A stretch of DNA of 60,088 nucleotides from Candidatus Woesearchaeota archaeon (GCA_964406515.1 CAYORV010000002.1:1-60088); one strand, 5' to 3'; shown: positions 34,456-44,333, counted from the first letter of the stretch. The notes: generated by a model from the letters alone, not told the origin. Translations and numbers: made by a program.

Positions 34456-35484
34456 ATGGGCAGACAAACTCGTATTGCAATTGTCGGTTATGGAAATATA
34501 GGAAGAGGTGTTCATAAAGCAATTGGAAGAAATCTAGATATGAGTCTTGTGGGAATTATATCAAGAGATCCTGAAAGAGTAGAAAGAGAGATTAATAATG
34601 TTGATGTTTTTAATGCTAATAATGAGGACAAATGGAGCGGATTACTAGTTGATGTTGCTATGTTGTGTGGTGGTTCAGCAAAAGATCTTCCTGTGCAAGG
34701 ACCTTGTTTTGCGAAATTTTTTAATACAGTAGATAGTTTTGACAATCATAAACACATAGGACCATATGCTAATGAAGAAACTGGAGAACTTATGCCTGGA
34801 TATTATCAGGATATGGATGCTTCTGCAAGAAAAGGGAAGCATACTTCAATTATTTCAATAGGTTGGGACCCTGGAACATTTTCTATGGAAAGAATTTTAG
34901 CAGATTCTTTTTTCCCAGGAACAAAAGCTTATGGGTTTTATGGACTAAGTGAAAAAGGTGGATTAAGTATGGGTCATTCTGATGCAATAAGACGAGTTGA
35001 AGGTGTTAAAGATGCAAGACAATACACGCATGCAATTCCTGAGGCTATGGAAAGAGTAAAATCTGGTGAAAATCCTGATTTAAAACCAGGAGAAATGCAT
35101 TGGAGAGAATGTTTTGTTGTTGCTGAAGAAGAATATGATATTGGAAAGATAGAAGAAGAAATAAAAAAAATGCCTAATTATTTTGAACCATATAGAACAG
35201 AAGTCTATTTTGTTAGTGATGAAGAAATGAAAAGAGACCATTCTGATATGCCACATGATGGGGTTGTAATAGCTGCTTCAGAGACTGGAGATAGAAATAA
35301 AATTTTAATTGAACATCAAAATACATGGGATAGTAATCCAGAAGCTACTGCTAGTATTATGGTTGCTTATGCAAGAGCTACTTATAGGTTAAATCAAAAA
35401 GGAGATTATGGAGCAAAGACAATACTTGATATTGCACCTGCTCTTATTAGTCCACATTCTAAAGAAGAATTAATAAAAGTTTAA
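34456..35484 (+). CDS. ddh: meso-diaminopimelate D-dehydrogenase
   Basis: Close pattern match to Corynebacterium-type Ddh: RIAIVGYGNIGRGV, GWDPGTFS, LSMGHSDAIRRVEGVKDARQYT and MPHDG. Confidence 0.85.
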   Translation: MGRQTRIAIVGYGNIGRGVHKAIGRNLDMSLVGIISRDPERVEREINNVDVFNANNEDKWSGLLVDVAMLCGGSAKDLPVQGPCFAKFFNTVDSFDNHKHIGPYANEETGELMPGYYQDMDASARKGKHTSIISIGWDPGTFSMERILADSFFPGTKAYGFYGLSEKGGLSMGHSDAIRRVEGVKDARQYTHAIPEAMERVKSGENPDLKPGEMHWRECFVVAEEEYDIGKIEEEIKKMPNYFEPYRTEVYFVSDEEMKRDHSDMPHDGVVIAASETGDRNKILIEHQNTWDSNPEATASIMVAYARATYRLNQKGDYGAKTILDIAPALISPHSKEELIKV

Positions 35485-35485
35485 G

Positions 35486-36775
35486 ATGGAAGATGCTTCT
35501 GGTTTAGAACCTTTAAGTTCTGTTGTGAGTGAAGACCAAGTAAGAGAAATTGCTGAAGAGTTTGGGACACCTGTTTATGCTTATTCTGAGAGACTTTTAG
35601 AACAACAGGCAGATAAAGCTTTGGCATTTCCAAATGCTTTTGGGTTGACTGTTCGATATGCTATGAAAGCAAATTCAAATATTAATATTTTGAAAATATT
35701 TAATAGAAAGGGGCTGGATATTGATGCCTCTTCTGGAGAAGAAGCTGAAAGGGCTATGGCGGCTGAGATAAATCCTGCACAGATTTTACTGACTTCTCAG
35801 AAGGTTCCAAAAAATTTGAAAACCCTTATAGCTAAAGGTGTTGAATATAATGCATGTTCATTTCATCAGTTAAGAGAGTATGGGAAGTTAGGATTAAATT
35901 CAGAAGTTTCTGTGAGGATAAATCCAGGGTTGGGTTCTGGTGGAACAAATAGAACAAATACTGGCGGGCCTGCTTCTAGTTTTGGGATTTGGCATGAACA
36001 AATTCCAGAAATTTTAAGGATTGCAGGAGATTATAAATTGAATATAAGAAGAATTCATACTCATATTGGTTCTGGAAGTGATCCTGAAGTTTGGAAAAAA
36101 GTTGCTGGAATGAGTTTAGATATTGTTGAAAAATTTCTTGATGGGGGGCATCTTGTTCAGATATTAAATCTTGGTGGAGGTTATAAAGTCGGAAGAATGG
36201 ATTATGAGAAATCTACTGATTTACAAGAGTGTGGAGAACCTGTTAAAGAATCATTTATGGATTTTAAAAGGAAGAATGGAAACGAATTAAAATTAGAAAT
36301 TGAACCCGGAACTTTTCTTGTTGCTAATGCTGGTTGTTTGATTGCAAAAGTTGAGGATATTAAATCTACTCCAAATTATAATTTTTTAATAACAGATTCT
36401 GGAATGACCGAAGTTACTCGGCCATCTTTATATGGGGCGCAGCACCCTATTTCTGTTGTTCCTGGGAGAAACTCTTCTGATGAAGGTAAAAAGATTGTAG
36501 AATATATCGTTTCTGGAAAGTGTTGTGAATCGGGGGATATTTTGAGTCCTGCTGAAGGAGATTCTGAAGCATTAAAACCCAGAGAGTTGTTAGAAGCAAG
36601 TATAGGGGATTTAGCTGTTGTTGGGGGAACTGGTGCATATTGCTCGTCAATGAGTACTGCGGGATATAATTCTTATCCTAGAGCTGCAGAAGTTTTGATT
36701 AGAGAAAAACCTCAGTTAATAAGAGCCAGAGGTACCCTCGAGGATCTTACTCGTAATGAACTCAAAGTTGTATAA
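35486..36775 (+). CDS. lysA: diaminopimelate decarboxylase
   Basis: Fold-III PLP decarboxylase motifs YAMKAN, HTHIGSG, LGGGY, EPGTFLV and CESGD. Adjacent to ddh. Confidence 0.88.
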   Translation: MEDASGLEPLSSVVSEDQVREIAEEFGTPVYAYSERLLEQQADKALAFPNAFGLTVRYAMKANSNINILKIFNRKGLDIDASSGEEAERAMAAEINPAQILLTSQKVPKNLKTLIAKGVEYNACSFHQLREYGKLGLNSEVSVRINPGLGSGGTNRTNTGGPASSFGIWHEQIPEILRIAGDYKLNIRRIHTHIGSGSDPEVWKKVAGMSLDIVEKFLDGGHLVQILNLGGGYKVGRMDYEKSTDLQECGEPVKESFMDFKRKNGNELKLEIEPGTFLVANAGCLIAKVEDIKSTPNYNFLITDSGMTEVTRPSLYGAQHPISVVPGRNSSDEGKKIVEYIVSGKCCESGDILSPAEGDSEALKPRELLEASIGDLAVVGGTGAYCSSMSTAGYNSYPRAAEVLIREKPQLIRARGTLEDLTRNELKVV

Positions 36776-36821
36776 TTAAGCAATTGCAGAGATTTTTATA
36801 TTAAATAATTCTCTAAATAAA

Positions 36822-37547
36822 ATGTTGAATCAATTGAGAAAAGAACTTCGAGAATCTGGAAATTCTGAAAGGGCTATTGCGTGTCAGAGATTTTTTAAAA
36901 CAGGTAAGGGACAATATGGTGAGGGCGATGTTTTTCTTGGAATAAAAGTTCCTGTTCAAAGAGCAATTGCGAAAAAATATGATTTGAGTTTTGAAGAGAT
37001 TCAAGAATTGTTGAATTCTGAAATCCATGAAGAGAGATTAATTGGTTTGTTGATTTTAATTAGGAATAAAAATAAGAAAGGTGCTTTTAAATTTTATTTG
37101 AAAAATACAAAAAGGATTAATAATTGGGATTTGGTTGATTTGACTGCTCATAAAATTGTTGGGGATTTTTTGTTGGATAAGGATAAGGCACTCCGGGGTG
37201 TACCCCGAGACATTTCTGGGGAAATGTCTACAAGGGGCATATTATATGATCTTGCTAAATCTGAAAATTTATGGGAAAAAAGAATTGCAATTATTTCAAC
37301 ATTTGCATTTATTCGGAATAATCAATTTGAAGATACTTTAGCGATTGCAGAGATTTTGTTGAATGATTCTCATGACTTGATTCACAAGGCAGTTGGTTGG
37401 ATGTTAAGGGAAGTTGGTAAGAAAAACCAAGAAGTTGAAGAAGAATTTTTAAAGAAACATTACAAAGATATGCCAAGGACAATGTTAAGATATGCAATTG
37501 AGAGATTTGAAGAAGAGAAGAGACAGAAATATTTGAGGGGGAAATAA
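36822..37547 (+). CDS. DNA alkylation repair protein (AlkD-like HEAT-repeat family)
   Basis: Motifs RAIACQRFFKTGKGQYGEGDVFLGIKVP..R, NWDLVD and AVGWMLRE. Confidence 0.8.
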   Translation: MLNQLRKELRESGNSERAIACQRFFKTGKGQYGEGDVFLGIKVPVQRAIAKKYDLSFEEIQELLNSEIHEERLIGLLILIRNKNKKGAFKFYLKNTKRINNWDLVDLTAHKIVGDFLLDKDKALRGVPRDISGEMSTRGILYDLAKSENLWEKRIAIISTFAFIRNNQFEDTLAIAEILLNDSHDLIHKAVGWMLREVGKKNQEVEEEFLKKHYKDMPRTMLRYAIERFEEEKRQKYLRGK

Positions 37548-37548
37548 A

Positions 37549-38379
37549 ATGAAAAAACCCATCAAAGAACTCCTAGAATTTGGAATTATTAATGTTGATA
37601 AGCCGGCAGGTTGCACTAGCTTTGATGTTGTTGCTAAGATTCGGGACATGTTGAAATTACGGAAGGCGTCGCATTTTGGAACACTTGATCCAATGGTGAC
37701 TGGGGTTTTGCCAATTGCATTAAATCGCGCTTGTAAACTTACTGGATTTTTTATAAGACACGACAAGGAATATGTTGGAGAGATGAGGATTCATGAAGAT
37801 GTTGAGTTGGATAAGATTGAGAAAATGATCAAGGAGAAATTTTTAGGGAAGATTATTCAGTTGCCTCCTGTAAAATCAAGAGTTAAACGGCAGGAAAGGG
37901 AACGGGAAATTATGAAATTTGAAATTTTGGAGAAAGATGGGAAGAACCTCAAATTTCATTCAGAAGTTGAAGGGGGAACTTACATAAGAAAATTGGTTCA
38001 TGATTTGGGGCAAGCATTAGGAATTGTAGCGCATATGACTGGATTGAGAAGAACAAGAGCAGGAATTTTCAAAGAAAAAGATTCTATCAAGTTAGAAGAT
38101 TTAGAAAAAATGAATGAAGATGATTTGAAAAAAATAATAATTCCTGCTGAAGAAGCGATAAAAAAAGTTTATCCTGTTGTACAAATTAAAAAAGCTAATT
38201 TAGAAAAGATTTTTACTGGAAAACCGATTCATAAAGAAGATTTGATGGAGATAGAGGAATATGATAAGGAACAAATTGTTTGTATTTTTGAGGAAGATAA
38301 TTTTATTGGAATGTATAAAATTGTAAATGAAGAGGATGTTTTTGCTAAATCTATGTTTGTTATGCAGGAGATTAGGTAA
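37549..38379 (+). CDS. cbf5: tRNA/rRNA pseudouridine synthase Cbf5 (TruB family) with PUA-like C-terminus
   Basis: Motifs INVDKPAGCTS and catalytic HFGTLDPMVTGVLPI, plus a C-terminal PUA-like region. Confidence 0.9.
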   Translation: MKKPIKELLEFGIINVDKPAGCTSFDVVAKIRDMLKLRKASHFGTLDPMVTGVLPIALNRACKLTGFFIRHDKEYVGEMRIHEDVELDKIEKMIKEKFLGKIIQLPPVKSRVKRQEREREIMKFEILEKDGKNLKFHSEVEGGTYIRKLVHDLGQALGIVAHMTGLRRTRAGIFKEKDSIKLEDLEKMNEDDLKKIIIPAEEAIKKVYPVVQIKKANLEKIFTGKPIHKEDLMEIEEYDKEQIVCIFEEDNFIGMYKIVNEEDVFAKSMFVMQEIR

Positions 38380-38419
38380 ATACACAAAAATTTAATAACA
38401 AACTCGCTTTCTTTTCTTT

Positions 38420-38695
38420 ATGAAAAAAGCACTTCGACTTTATATTACTGGAACTGTGCAGGGGATATTTTTTAGGGCGTTTGTAAAGGAAAATGCAGAG
38501 AGGTATAATGTTAAAGGATTTGTTAGGAATCTTGAAGATGGGAGGATTGAGATTTTTTTAGAGGGAGATGCTAATAATGTAAATAAGATGATAGAATTAT
38601 GCGGAAAAGGACCGCGCCATTCTCAAATAAAAAAAGTGGATATGAAACCAGAAAGGTTTCAGGATTTCAAGACATTTAAGGTATTGCATATATGA
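38420..38695 (+). CDS. acyP: acylphosphatase
   Basis: 91-aa ORF with GTVQGIFFRAFV.......GFVRNLEDGRIEIFLEG. Confidence 0.85.
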   Translation: MKKALRLYITGTVQGIFFRAFVKENAERYNVKGFVRNLEDGRIEIFLEGDANNVNKMIELCGKGPRHSQIKKVDMKPERFQDFKTFKVLHI

Positions 38696-39114
38696 TATTC
38701 ACAAATTCTGATGGCGGCTCTAGGGGTAATCCTGGACCAGGGGCAATTGGAGTGATAGTTAGGAAAGAGGGAGAGATTCTTACAAAATATAGTTCTAAAA
38801 TTGGAAAATTTGTGACAAATAATATTGCAGAATATGAGGCTCTGATAAAGGCCCTAGAATTAGCTTCAAAATGCACAAAAGGTGAAATTACATGTTGTCT
38901 TGATTCTGAATTGGTTGTGAAACAGCTTTTGGGAGAATATCGTGTTAGGAATCCTAAACTCTTAGAATTATTTTTGAAAGTGCAGAAACTTCAGGAAAAT
39001 TTTGAAAAAATAATCTACAAACATGTTTCACGTTGGGATGATTTCCAACAAATCTGCGATGAACTTTTGAACGACGAATTAGATGCGGCAGGATATAAAA
39101 GATATAGGAAATAG
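38692..39114 (+). CDS. rnhA: ribonuclease HI (type 1 RNase H)
   Basis: Motifs DGGSRGNPGPGAIGVIV, NNIAEYEALIKALELA and DSELVVKQ. Confidence 0.85.
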   Translation: MIFTNSDGGSRGNPGPGAIGVIVRKEGEILTKYSSKIGKFVTNNIAEYEALIKALELASKCTKGEITCCLDSELVVKQLLGEYRVRNPKLLELFLKVQKLQENFEKIIYKHVSRWDDFQQICDELLNDELDAAGYKRYRK

Positions 39115-39321
39115 TTACATTCCTAACAATTTATAGATAGCAAACACAGGCCAGACAATAGCTTTCAAAATTCCAAGAACTCCGTTCCAGAACGAAGTTG
39201 ATGTTTGAAGGTAATAAATTACTGCCCCGATAAAACCAAGGAAATAAAATCCCCCTGTACATTCTTTTGTTCCATACTTACAATTTGTAGACAACTCTTT
39301 TTTTGTATTCCTCTTTTTCAT
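39115..39321 (-). CDS. hypothetical small membrane protein
   Basis: 68-aa ORF with two hydrophobic helices. Confidence 0.4.
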   Translation of the reverse strand: MKKRNTKKELSTNCKYGTKECTGGFYFLGFIGAVIYYLQTSTSFWNGVLGILKAIVWPVFAIYKLLGM

Positions 39322-39393
39322 TTTTAATTAAGGAATTTTTCATTTTTAAATCTTGCGAGTTAAATATATAAAACAAAAACTCTATTGAGTATT

Positions 39394-40872
39394 ATGGAAA
39401 AGTTTTTTTGGGCAGACGCGATTGCAGATGACATAATCAAGCGAAAAAAGAAAAAAGAATATGTTTGTGCTTCTGGAATTACTCCTTCTGGGACTATTCA
39501 TGTTGGAAATTTTAGAGAAGTTATAACAACTGATTTGGTTGTGAGAGCTCTACGAGATAAAGGAAAAAAAGTTCGGTTTATTTATTCTTGGGATGATTAT
39601 GATAGATTTAGAAAAGTTCCTTCAAATGTTCCTAAGGAATTTGAAGAATATTTAGGAATGCCTGTAAGTGAAGTGCCTTCTCCTTTTGGAGGTAAAAATT
39701 ATGCTCAATATTTTGAAAATGAATTTGAAAAATCTCTTAAAAAAGTGGGAATTAAACCAGAATTTATTCGGCAAAATTTAATGCATAAAAAATGTGCATA
39801 TGCTCCTTTAATAAAAAAAGCGTTAGATGAACTTCCCAAAATTAAAAAAATTTTGAATAAATACAGAAAAGAACCTTTAGGGAAAGATTGGCTGCCGTTA
39901 GAAGTTTTTTGTGAGAAATGTAAAAAAGATTCTACTAAAATTTTGGATATTAAGGGATATAAAATTGAATATGAATGTGTTTGTGGACACAAGGATATTT
40001 TTGATTATCGTGAGAAAGGGCTTGTGAAGTTGAAGTGGCGTGTTGATTGGCCTGCTCGTTGGAAATATGAAAAAGTTGATTTTGAGCCAGGAGGAATTGA
40101 TCATAGTGTTCATGGTGGAAGTTATATGACTGGAAAAGAAATTGTGAAGATATTTGATTATGAAGCTCCAATTTATCAATTATACGAGTGGATAAGAATT
40201 AAGGGAGGAACAGAGTTTTCTAGTTCAAAAGGAAACACAGTTACCTTGGATGAAGTTGAAGAAATTTATGAGCCAGAAATTCTTCGTTATTTATTTGTTG
40301 GGACAAGACCAAATAAGGGTTTTCAAATTAGTTTTGATGCTGATGTAATAAAGACTTATGATGAATATGATATGCTTGAAGAAAAATATTTTGATAAAAC
40401 CGCGACACCTCAAGAAAGGAGAATTTACGAACTTTCTCAAATTGAGAAAAGCAAGGGCAGAAAAGAGAAACTTGGATTTAGACATCTTGTGACTTTTATT
40501 CAAACAGGGAAAATTCAAGAATTAAATGCTGAATCTAAAAAGCGAGCTGAAAAAGTTAAGAATTGGTTAAACAAATATGCTCCTGAAGATTTTAAATTTG
40601 AAGTTCAGGACAAGATTATGGTTAAGTTAGACAAGAAACAAAAGCAAGCTTTGAAAGCATTGAAAGAATCTTTGGCTGTTAAGGATTTTACAGAAGACGA
40701 GTTATTTGGTGAATTTTATAATATTTGTCAAGCAGTGGATATTCCTAACAAGGAATTTTTTGATGGAGCCTATGGAGTTATTATCAATAAAGCTCGTGGG
40801 CCAAGATTAGCTGCATTGATTCTTGCAATTGGGAAAGGGAAAGTTATTGAGTTGTTGGAGAAGATTAAATGA
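39394..40872 (+). CDS. lysK: lysyl-tRNA synthetase, class I
   Basis: ITPSGTIHVGNFREV (HIGH-like) and a class I LysRS zinc-knuckle region (CEKC....C.CGH). ATG at 39394; the ORF track uses TTG at 39385. Confidence 0.9.
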   Translation: MEKFFWADAIADDIIKRKKKKEYVCASGITPSGTIHVGNFREVITTDLVVRALRDKGKKVRFIYSWDDYDRFRKVPSNVPKEFEEYLGMPVSEVPSPFGGKNYAQYFENEFEKSLKKVGIKPEFIRQNLMHKKCAYAPLIKKALDELPKIKKILNKYRKEPLGKDWLPLEVFCEKCKKDSTKILDIKGYKIEYECVCGHKDIFDYREKGLVKLKWRVDWPARWKYEKVDFEPGGIDHSVHGGSYMTGKEIVKIFDYEAPIYQLYEWIRIKGGTEFSSSKGNTVTLDEVEEIYEPEILRYLFVGTRPNKGFQISFDADVIKTYDEYDMLEEKYFDKTATPQERRIYELSQIEKSKGRKEKLGFRHLVTFIQTGKIQELNAESKKRAEKVKNWLNKYAPEDFKFEVQDKIMVKLDKKQKQALKALKESLAVKDFTEDELFGEFYNICQAVDIPNKEFFDGAYGVIINKARGPRLAALILAIGKGKVIELLEKIK

Positions 40873-41060
40873 TTAATGCAGAATTTTTTGATATTTTTGG
40901 TTTCTTTGGATTTGTGATAATTACAATCCTAGGAATATTAATTTTAAAACGCTATCATAAAGTGCCAGACTGGATTGGAGGTTTGTTATTGCTTATAGGT
41001 ATTGCAGGTGCTTTAATCGATGGAACAATAGTAATTAAAACGTTTTTCTTAGGTGGTTGA
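40869..41060 (+). CDS. hypothetical small membrane protein
   Basis: 63-aa ORF with two TM helices. The start overlaps the lysK stop. Confidence 0.4.
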   Translation: MINAEFFDIFGFFGFVIITILGILILKRYHKVPDWIGGLLLLIGIAGALIDGTIVIKTFFLGG

Positions 41061-41091
41061 AATAGTCAAGACAATAAATTTTTTTTAGGCT

Positions 41092-41751
41092 TTAGCCTTT
41101 CCCATAAATCTCAGTTCGCTCATCAACCAATCGTTCATCTAAAGTTCTTCTAGTTAAAAATTTTGGAAACAAAGATTTTGTTTCTTTTTTTCTTACACAA
41201 TCATTTGAATAAACTATCCCATATCGGATATTACTTTTTGTCAATGAACCATTTATTTCTAAAAAACTTTCTCTAAGATTTTCCCATACCCCTTGGGAAA
41301 CAGTGTGCATACCATCCCAATTATACCAATGTTTGTTGTGATGAAGATAGCCATATAGTTGAATTGCTAAATTTTGTAAACAAGCTTCACCAAAAAAACA
41401 ACCATGAATTCTAATTTCATTTGGATTTTCATTCATAATTTGAATTAACGATTCCCAATCTGCACAATTAATATGTCCATGGGGATCAAATCTAGAATTA
41501 TTGAAAACACCATTAGATTTCAGTCTTCTTTTTGGATTAACTAATTCTTTTCCATATAATTTCCAAAAAATCTCTTCACTAAAATCTCCCTCTGGCTTTG
41601 GAAATGCTTCGCTCATCACAACATAAGTATTTTCATTTTGGGCTATGTCTACAATTCTGTTAGCATATTTCCCAATAGATACTTTGTCTGTTGATAAAAT
41701 GGCGAACTCTGGATGCACAATAAAATTGATTAATTTCATAAAGATATGCAT
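41092..41751 (-). CDS. hypothetical protein
   Basis: 219-aa soluble ORF. No confident family assignment. Confidence 0.5.
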   Translation of the reverse strand: MHIFMKLINFIVHPEFAILSTDKVSIGKYANRIVDIAQNENTYVVMSEAFPKPEGDFSEEIFWKLYGKELVNPKRRLKSNGVFNNSRFDPHGHINCADWESLIQIMNENPNEIRIHGCFFGEACLQNLAIQLYGYLHHNKHWYNWDGMHTVSQGVWENLRESFLEINGSLTKSNIRYGIVYSNDCVRKKETKSLFPKFLTRRTLDERLVDERTEIYGKG

Positions 41752-41834
41752 TCTAATTCCCTATAAATGTCTTTGGGAAATTAAGTTTCTCCGAATCTAA
41801 CAAAATATAAAAACTCCCTTCCCCTTATTTTAAT

Positions 41835-42020
41835 ATGGCATTAATTGTAAAAAACAATATACGAAAAGTTGTGAAAGAACTTGACAAAGAAAATTCTGTT
41901 TCTTCTGTTGCCGACGAAGTAGGAATTGCTCTTGAAAAAAAAGTTGAGGAGATTTTGGCAAACGCGATTGACAGGGCTAAGGCGAATGGGAGAAGAACTT
42001 TACAGGGAAGGGACTTGTAA
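41835..42020 (+). CDS. histone-fold DNA-binding protein (archaeal histone/DUF1931-like)
   Basis: 61-aa ORF. The pattern ...VSSVADEVGIALEKKVEEILANAIDRAKANGRRTLQGRDL resembles the histone-fold a2-L2-a3 region (A...GRKT....D). Confidence 0.6.
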   Translation: MALIVKNNIRKVVKELDKENSVSSVADEVGIALEKKVEEILANAIDRAKANGRRTLQGRDL

Positions 42021-42023
42021 AAA

Positions 42024-42215
42024 ATGTACATATGTGAAAATAAAATTTATATTGAGAAACAAAAAGAAATAAAATCACGAGAAGAGTTAAAATTAGATAT
42101 ACGTGCTGGGTGTTTAAATTGTGATGGTTATCGTTTTGATTGTGCAGATAGGATAGATGTTGATGAGAATGGTGAACGAAAAAAAGTTTTGAGTGAATTT
42201 GTAAAATTTAAATAG
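42024..42215 (+). CDS. hypothetical small protein with CxxC...C motif
   Basis: 63-aa ORF lying 3 nt after the histone-fold gene. Confidence 0.35.
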   Translation: MYICENKIYIEKQKEIKSREELKLDIRAGCLNCDGYRFDCADRIDVDENGERKKVLSEFVKFK

Positions 42216-42235
42216 TTCTAGAGATTTATTTTAAG

Positions 42236-42775
42236 ATGGAAAAGGTTGATAAAGAACATAAAGAAGAAATTATGAAAAGAATTGAAGAGGCGGGAAATCC
42301 AGATAATTATGAAACTTCTTGGGAAGGGGGAGTTCCAAAGTCTAAGAAAAAATCAGAGGTGAAAAAGGGTCGTACTTCTAAAGCTCGAGGGGCGAGATTT
42401 GAGTTAAAAGTTCGGAGAGACCTTGAAGATAAAGGAAGAGTTGTGGATAAGTGGAATAATAATGTTGATTTGGTTGAAGACAAGTTGGTTATTGCAAAGC
42501 GAAAGTATAATCCATATTCAAGAGCCATGACAATCGGTACTGGTTTTCCTGATTTTATTTCAATCAAATATATTCATGAAGGAGTTTATAGTGTTATTGG
42601 GGTGGAAGTGAAAATGAATGGAACTCTTTCAAAAATAGAAAAAGAAAAGTGTTCATGGTATTTACAGAAAAAGATTTTTTCAGCTATCTGGATTGCTAAG
42701 AAGGGCGAGGCTCGGGGACAAATCGTTTATGATGATTTTTCTGAGAAGTATGGAGACAAGTACAATAAAAGTTGA
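42236..42775 (+). CDS. Hjc-like PD-(D/E)xK nuclease (Holliday junction resolvase family) with about 50-aa N-terminal extension
   Basis: Motifs GARFELKVRRDLEDKG and FPDFISIK....IGVEVK (D...E.K nuclease motif). Confidence 0.55.
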   Translation: MEKVDKEHKEEIMKRIEEAGNPDNYETSWEGGVPKSKKKSEVKKGRTSKARGARFELKVRRDLEDKGRVVDKWNNNVDLVEDKLVIAKRKYNPYSRAMTIGTGFPDFISIKYIHEGVYSVIGVEVKMNGTLSKIEKEKCSWYLQKKIFSAIWIAKKGEARGQIVYDDFSEKYGDKYNKS

Positions 42776-42776
42776 A

Positions 42777-43292
42777 TCACTTCTTTGTTTTGATATGGAT
42801 AAAAGAGAAAATCAAACCGCAAACAAAACATACTACTCCTGCCCAACGAGTGAGGTTTTGAGCTTCTCCTACAGCATATCCTGTTAAATTAAAAGATACC
42901 AGAATTAATGCGCCAGCAAGGAATATGATTGACATTCCTGGGGAGAATTGTTTTACCAAACTTCCAAGAGTTCTTCCTTTATCTAATTTTTGCATTTCCT
43001 CTTTAGCTTTTTGCATTATTCCTTTTTGTTCATATCCATGCCTTCCTACTAAATTAAATTTTTGGTATGCGTCGTCAAGTTTTCCCTGTCTTTTATATAT
43101 TATTCCTGCTTGATAAGCATTTGTAACTAATTTCTTTCGTGCTTTTTCTCCTTTTTCTCCATGTGCTCGAACATCTCTGTAAGCTACCCTTATACCTTGC
43201 AATGTCCTGTCTAATTCTTTTTCTCCTTCATAGTTTACTAATGTCTTACTTATTCTTTTTTCTGTTCTAATTGATTTTTTCTTTGGAGGCAT
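42777..43292 (-). CDS. hypothetical protein with helical repeat N-domain and two C-terminal TM helices
   Basis: 171-aa ORF, TPR-like AYQAGIIYKRQGKLDDAYQKF. Confidence 0.45.
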   Translation of the reverse strand: MPPKKKSIRTEKRISKTLVNYEGEKELDRTLQGIRVAYRDVRAHGEKGEKARKKLVTNAYQAGIIYKRQGKLDDAYQKFNLVGRHGYEQKGIMQKAKEEMQKLDKGRTLGSLVKQFSPGMSIIFLAGALILVSFNLTGYAVGEAQNLTRWAGVVCFVCGLIFSFIHIKTKK

Positions 43293-43366
43293 ATAATATT
43301 AAATTAAACTTCATTTAAATATTTTAGTATAATAAAACTTAAATTAGGGTTTGTATTTAATTGTGT

Positions 43367-43861
43367 ATGAAATTAACAATTTTAATTGTAATTTTATTTA
43401 TGATTTCGTTTATTTCTGCATTGTGTGAAGATGGACAGATTGATATTAATACTGCATCTTTAGAAGAACTTGATGAACTGTCTGGAATTGGACCAGTTAA
43501 AAGTCAGGCGATAATTGACGCCCAACCTTTTAATTCTGTAGATGATTTAATAGATGTTTATGGGATTGGGCCAGCTACATTAGAGAAAATAATTAAACAG
43601 GGATTAGCTTGTGTTAAAGGAGAAATTATGGAGGAGGAAATTGTTAAGGAAGATATCCAAGAAGTTGTAGCAGTTGCAGAAGTTGAAAAAGGCAAAGATG
43701 AAGAAATTGAATTAATTATATTAACGACACAAACTATAAAAAGCCCGGATAATAAGGAAAACAAAAGCAATTACGCGCTATACGGGTTTGTGGGTTTTTG
43801 TTTTGTGTTAGGGATTTTATTCATGTTGCGGAGAAAAAAATATAAAAATGAATTCAGATGA
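43367..43861 (+). CDS. ComEA-like helix-hairpin-helix DNA-binding protein with signal peptide and C-terminal TM anchor
   Basis: INTASLEELDELSGIGPVKSQAIIDAQPFNSVDDLIDVYGIGPATLEKI gives two HhH motifs (ComEA pattern). N-terminal signal. The C-terminal TM helix ends in RRKKYKNEFR. Confidence 0.75.
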   Translation: MKLTILIVILFMISFISALCEDGQIDINTASLEELDELSGIGPVKSQAIIDAQPFNSVDDLIDVYGIGPATLEKIIKQGLACVKGEIMEEEIVKEDIQEVVAVAEVEKGKDEEIELIILTTQTIKSPDNKENKSNYALYGFVGFCFVLGILFMLRRKKYKNEFR

Positions 43862-44333
43862 AACAAAAAATATAAAGGTATTAATGATACTTGAAGTTCT
43901 TGGAAGACCTCCAGAACATTTAACCGAAACTCTTGAGAATCTAATAAAGCAAATTGATGAAGAGAAAGGAGTGAGTGTTAAGAAAAAAGAAATAAAAGAA
44001 CCTTTACCAATGAAGAACAAAATAGATTCTCTTGAAAAAGGGGGCAGTGAAAAAATAAAAACTGAGGATTTTTATACAAGTTTTGCAGAAATTGAATTAG
44101 AAGTAGAAGAGATTATGTATCTTGCTATGTTAATGTTCAAATATATGCCGGCCCATATTGAAATTATTTCTCCTGAATTAATTACTCTAACAAATAATGG
44201 ATGGAATGAAATACTCAATGAATTAACTAGGAGACTTCATGGTTATGATGAAGTTGCGAGAGTGATACAAGTTGAAAAAGGAATTTTAGAAAGAAAGCTT
44301 AAGGAATTAACAGGGGGACAAGAGAATAAATGA
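43848..44333 (+). CDS. hypothetical protein
   Basis: 161-aa acidic ORF overlapping the comEA-like stop. Confidence 0.45.
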   Translation: MNSDETKNIKVLMILEVLGRPPEHLTETLENLIKQIDEEKGVSVKKKEIKEPLPMKNKIDSLEKGGSEKIKTEDFYTSFAEIELEVEEIMYLAMLMFKYMPAHIEIISPELITLTNNGWNEILNELTRRLHGYDEVARVIQVEKGILERKLKELTGGQENK

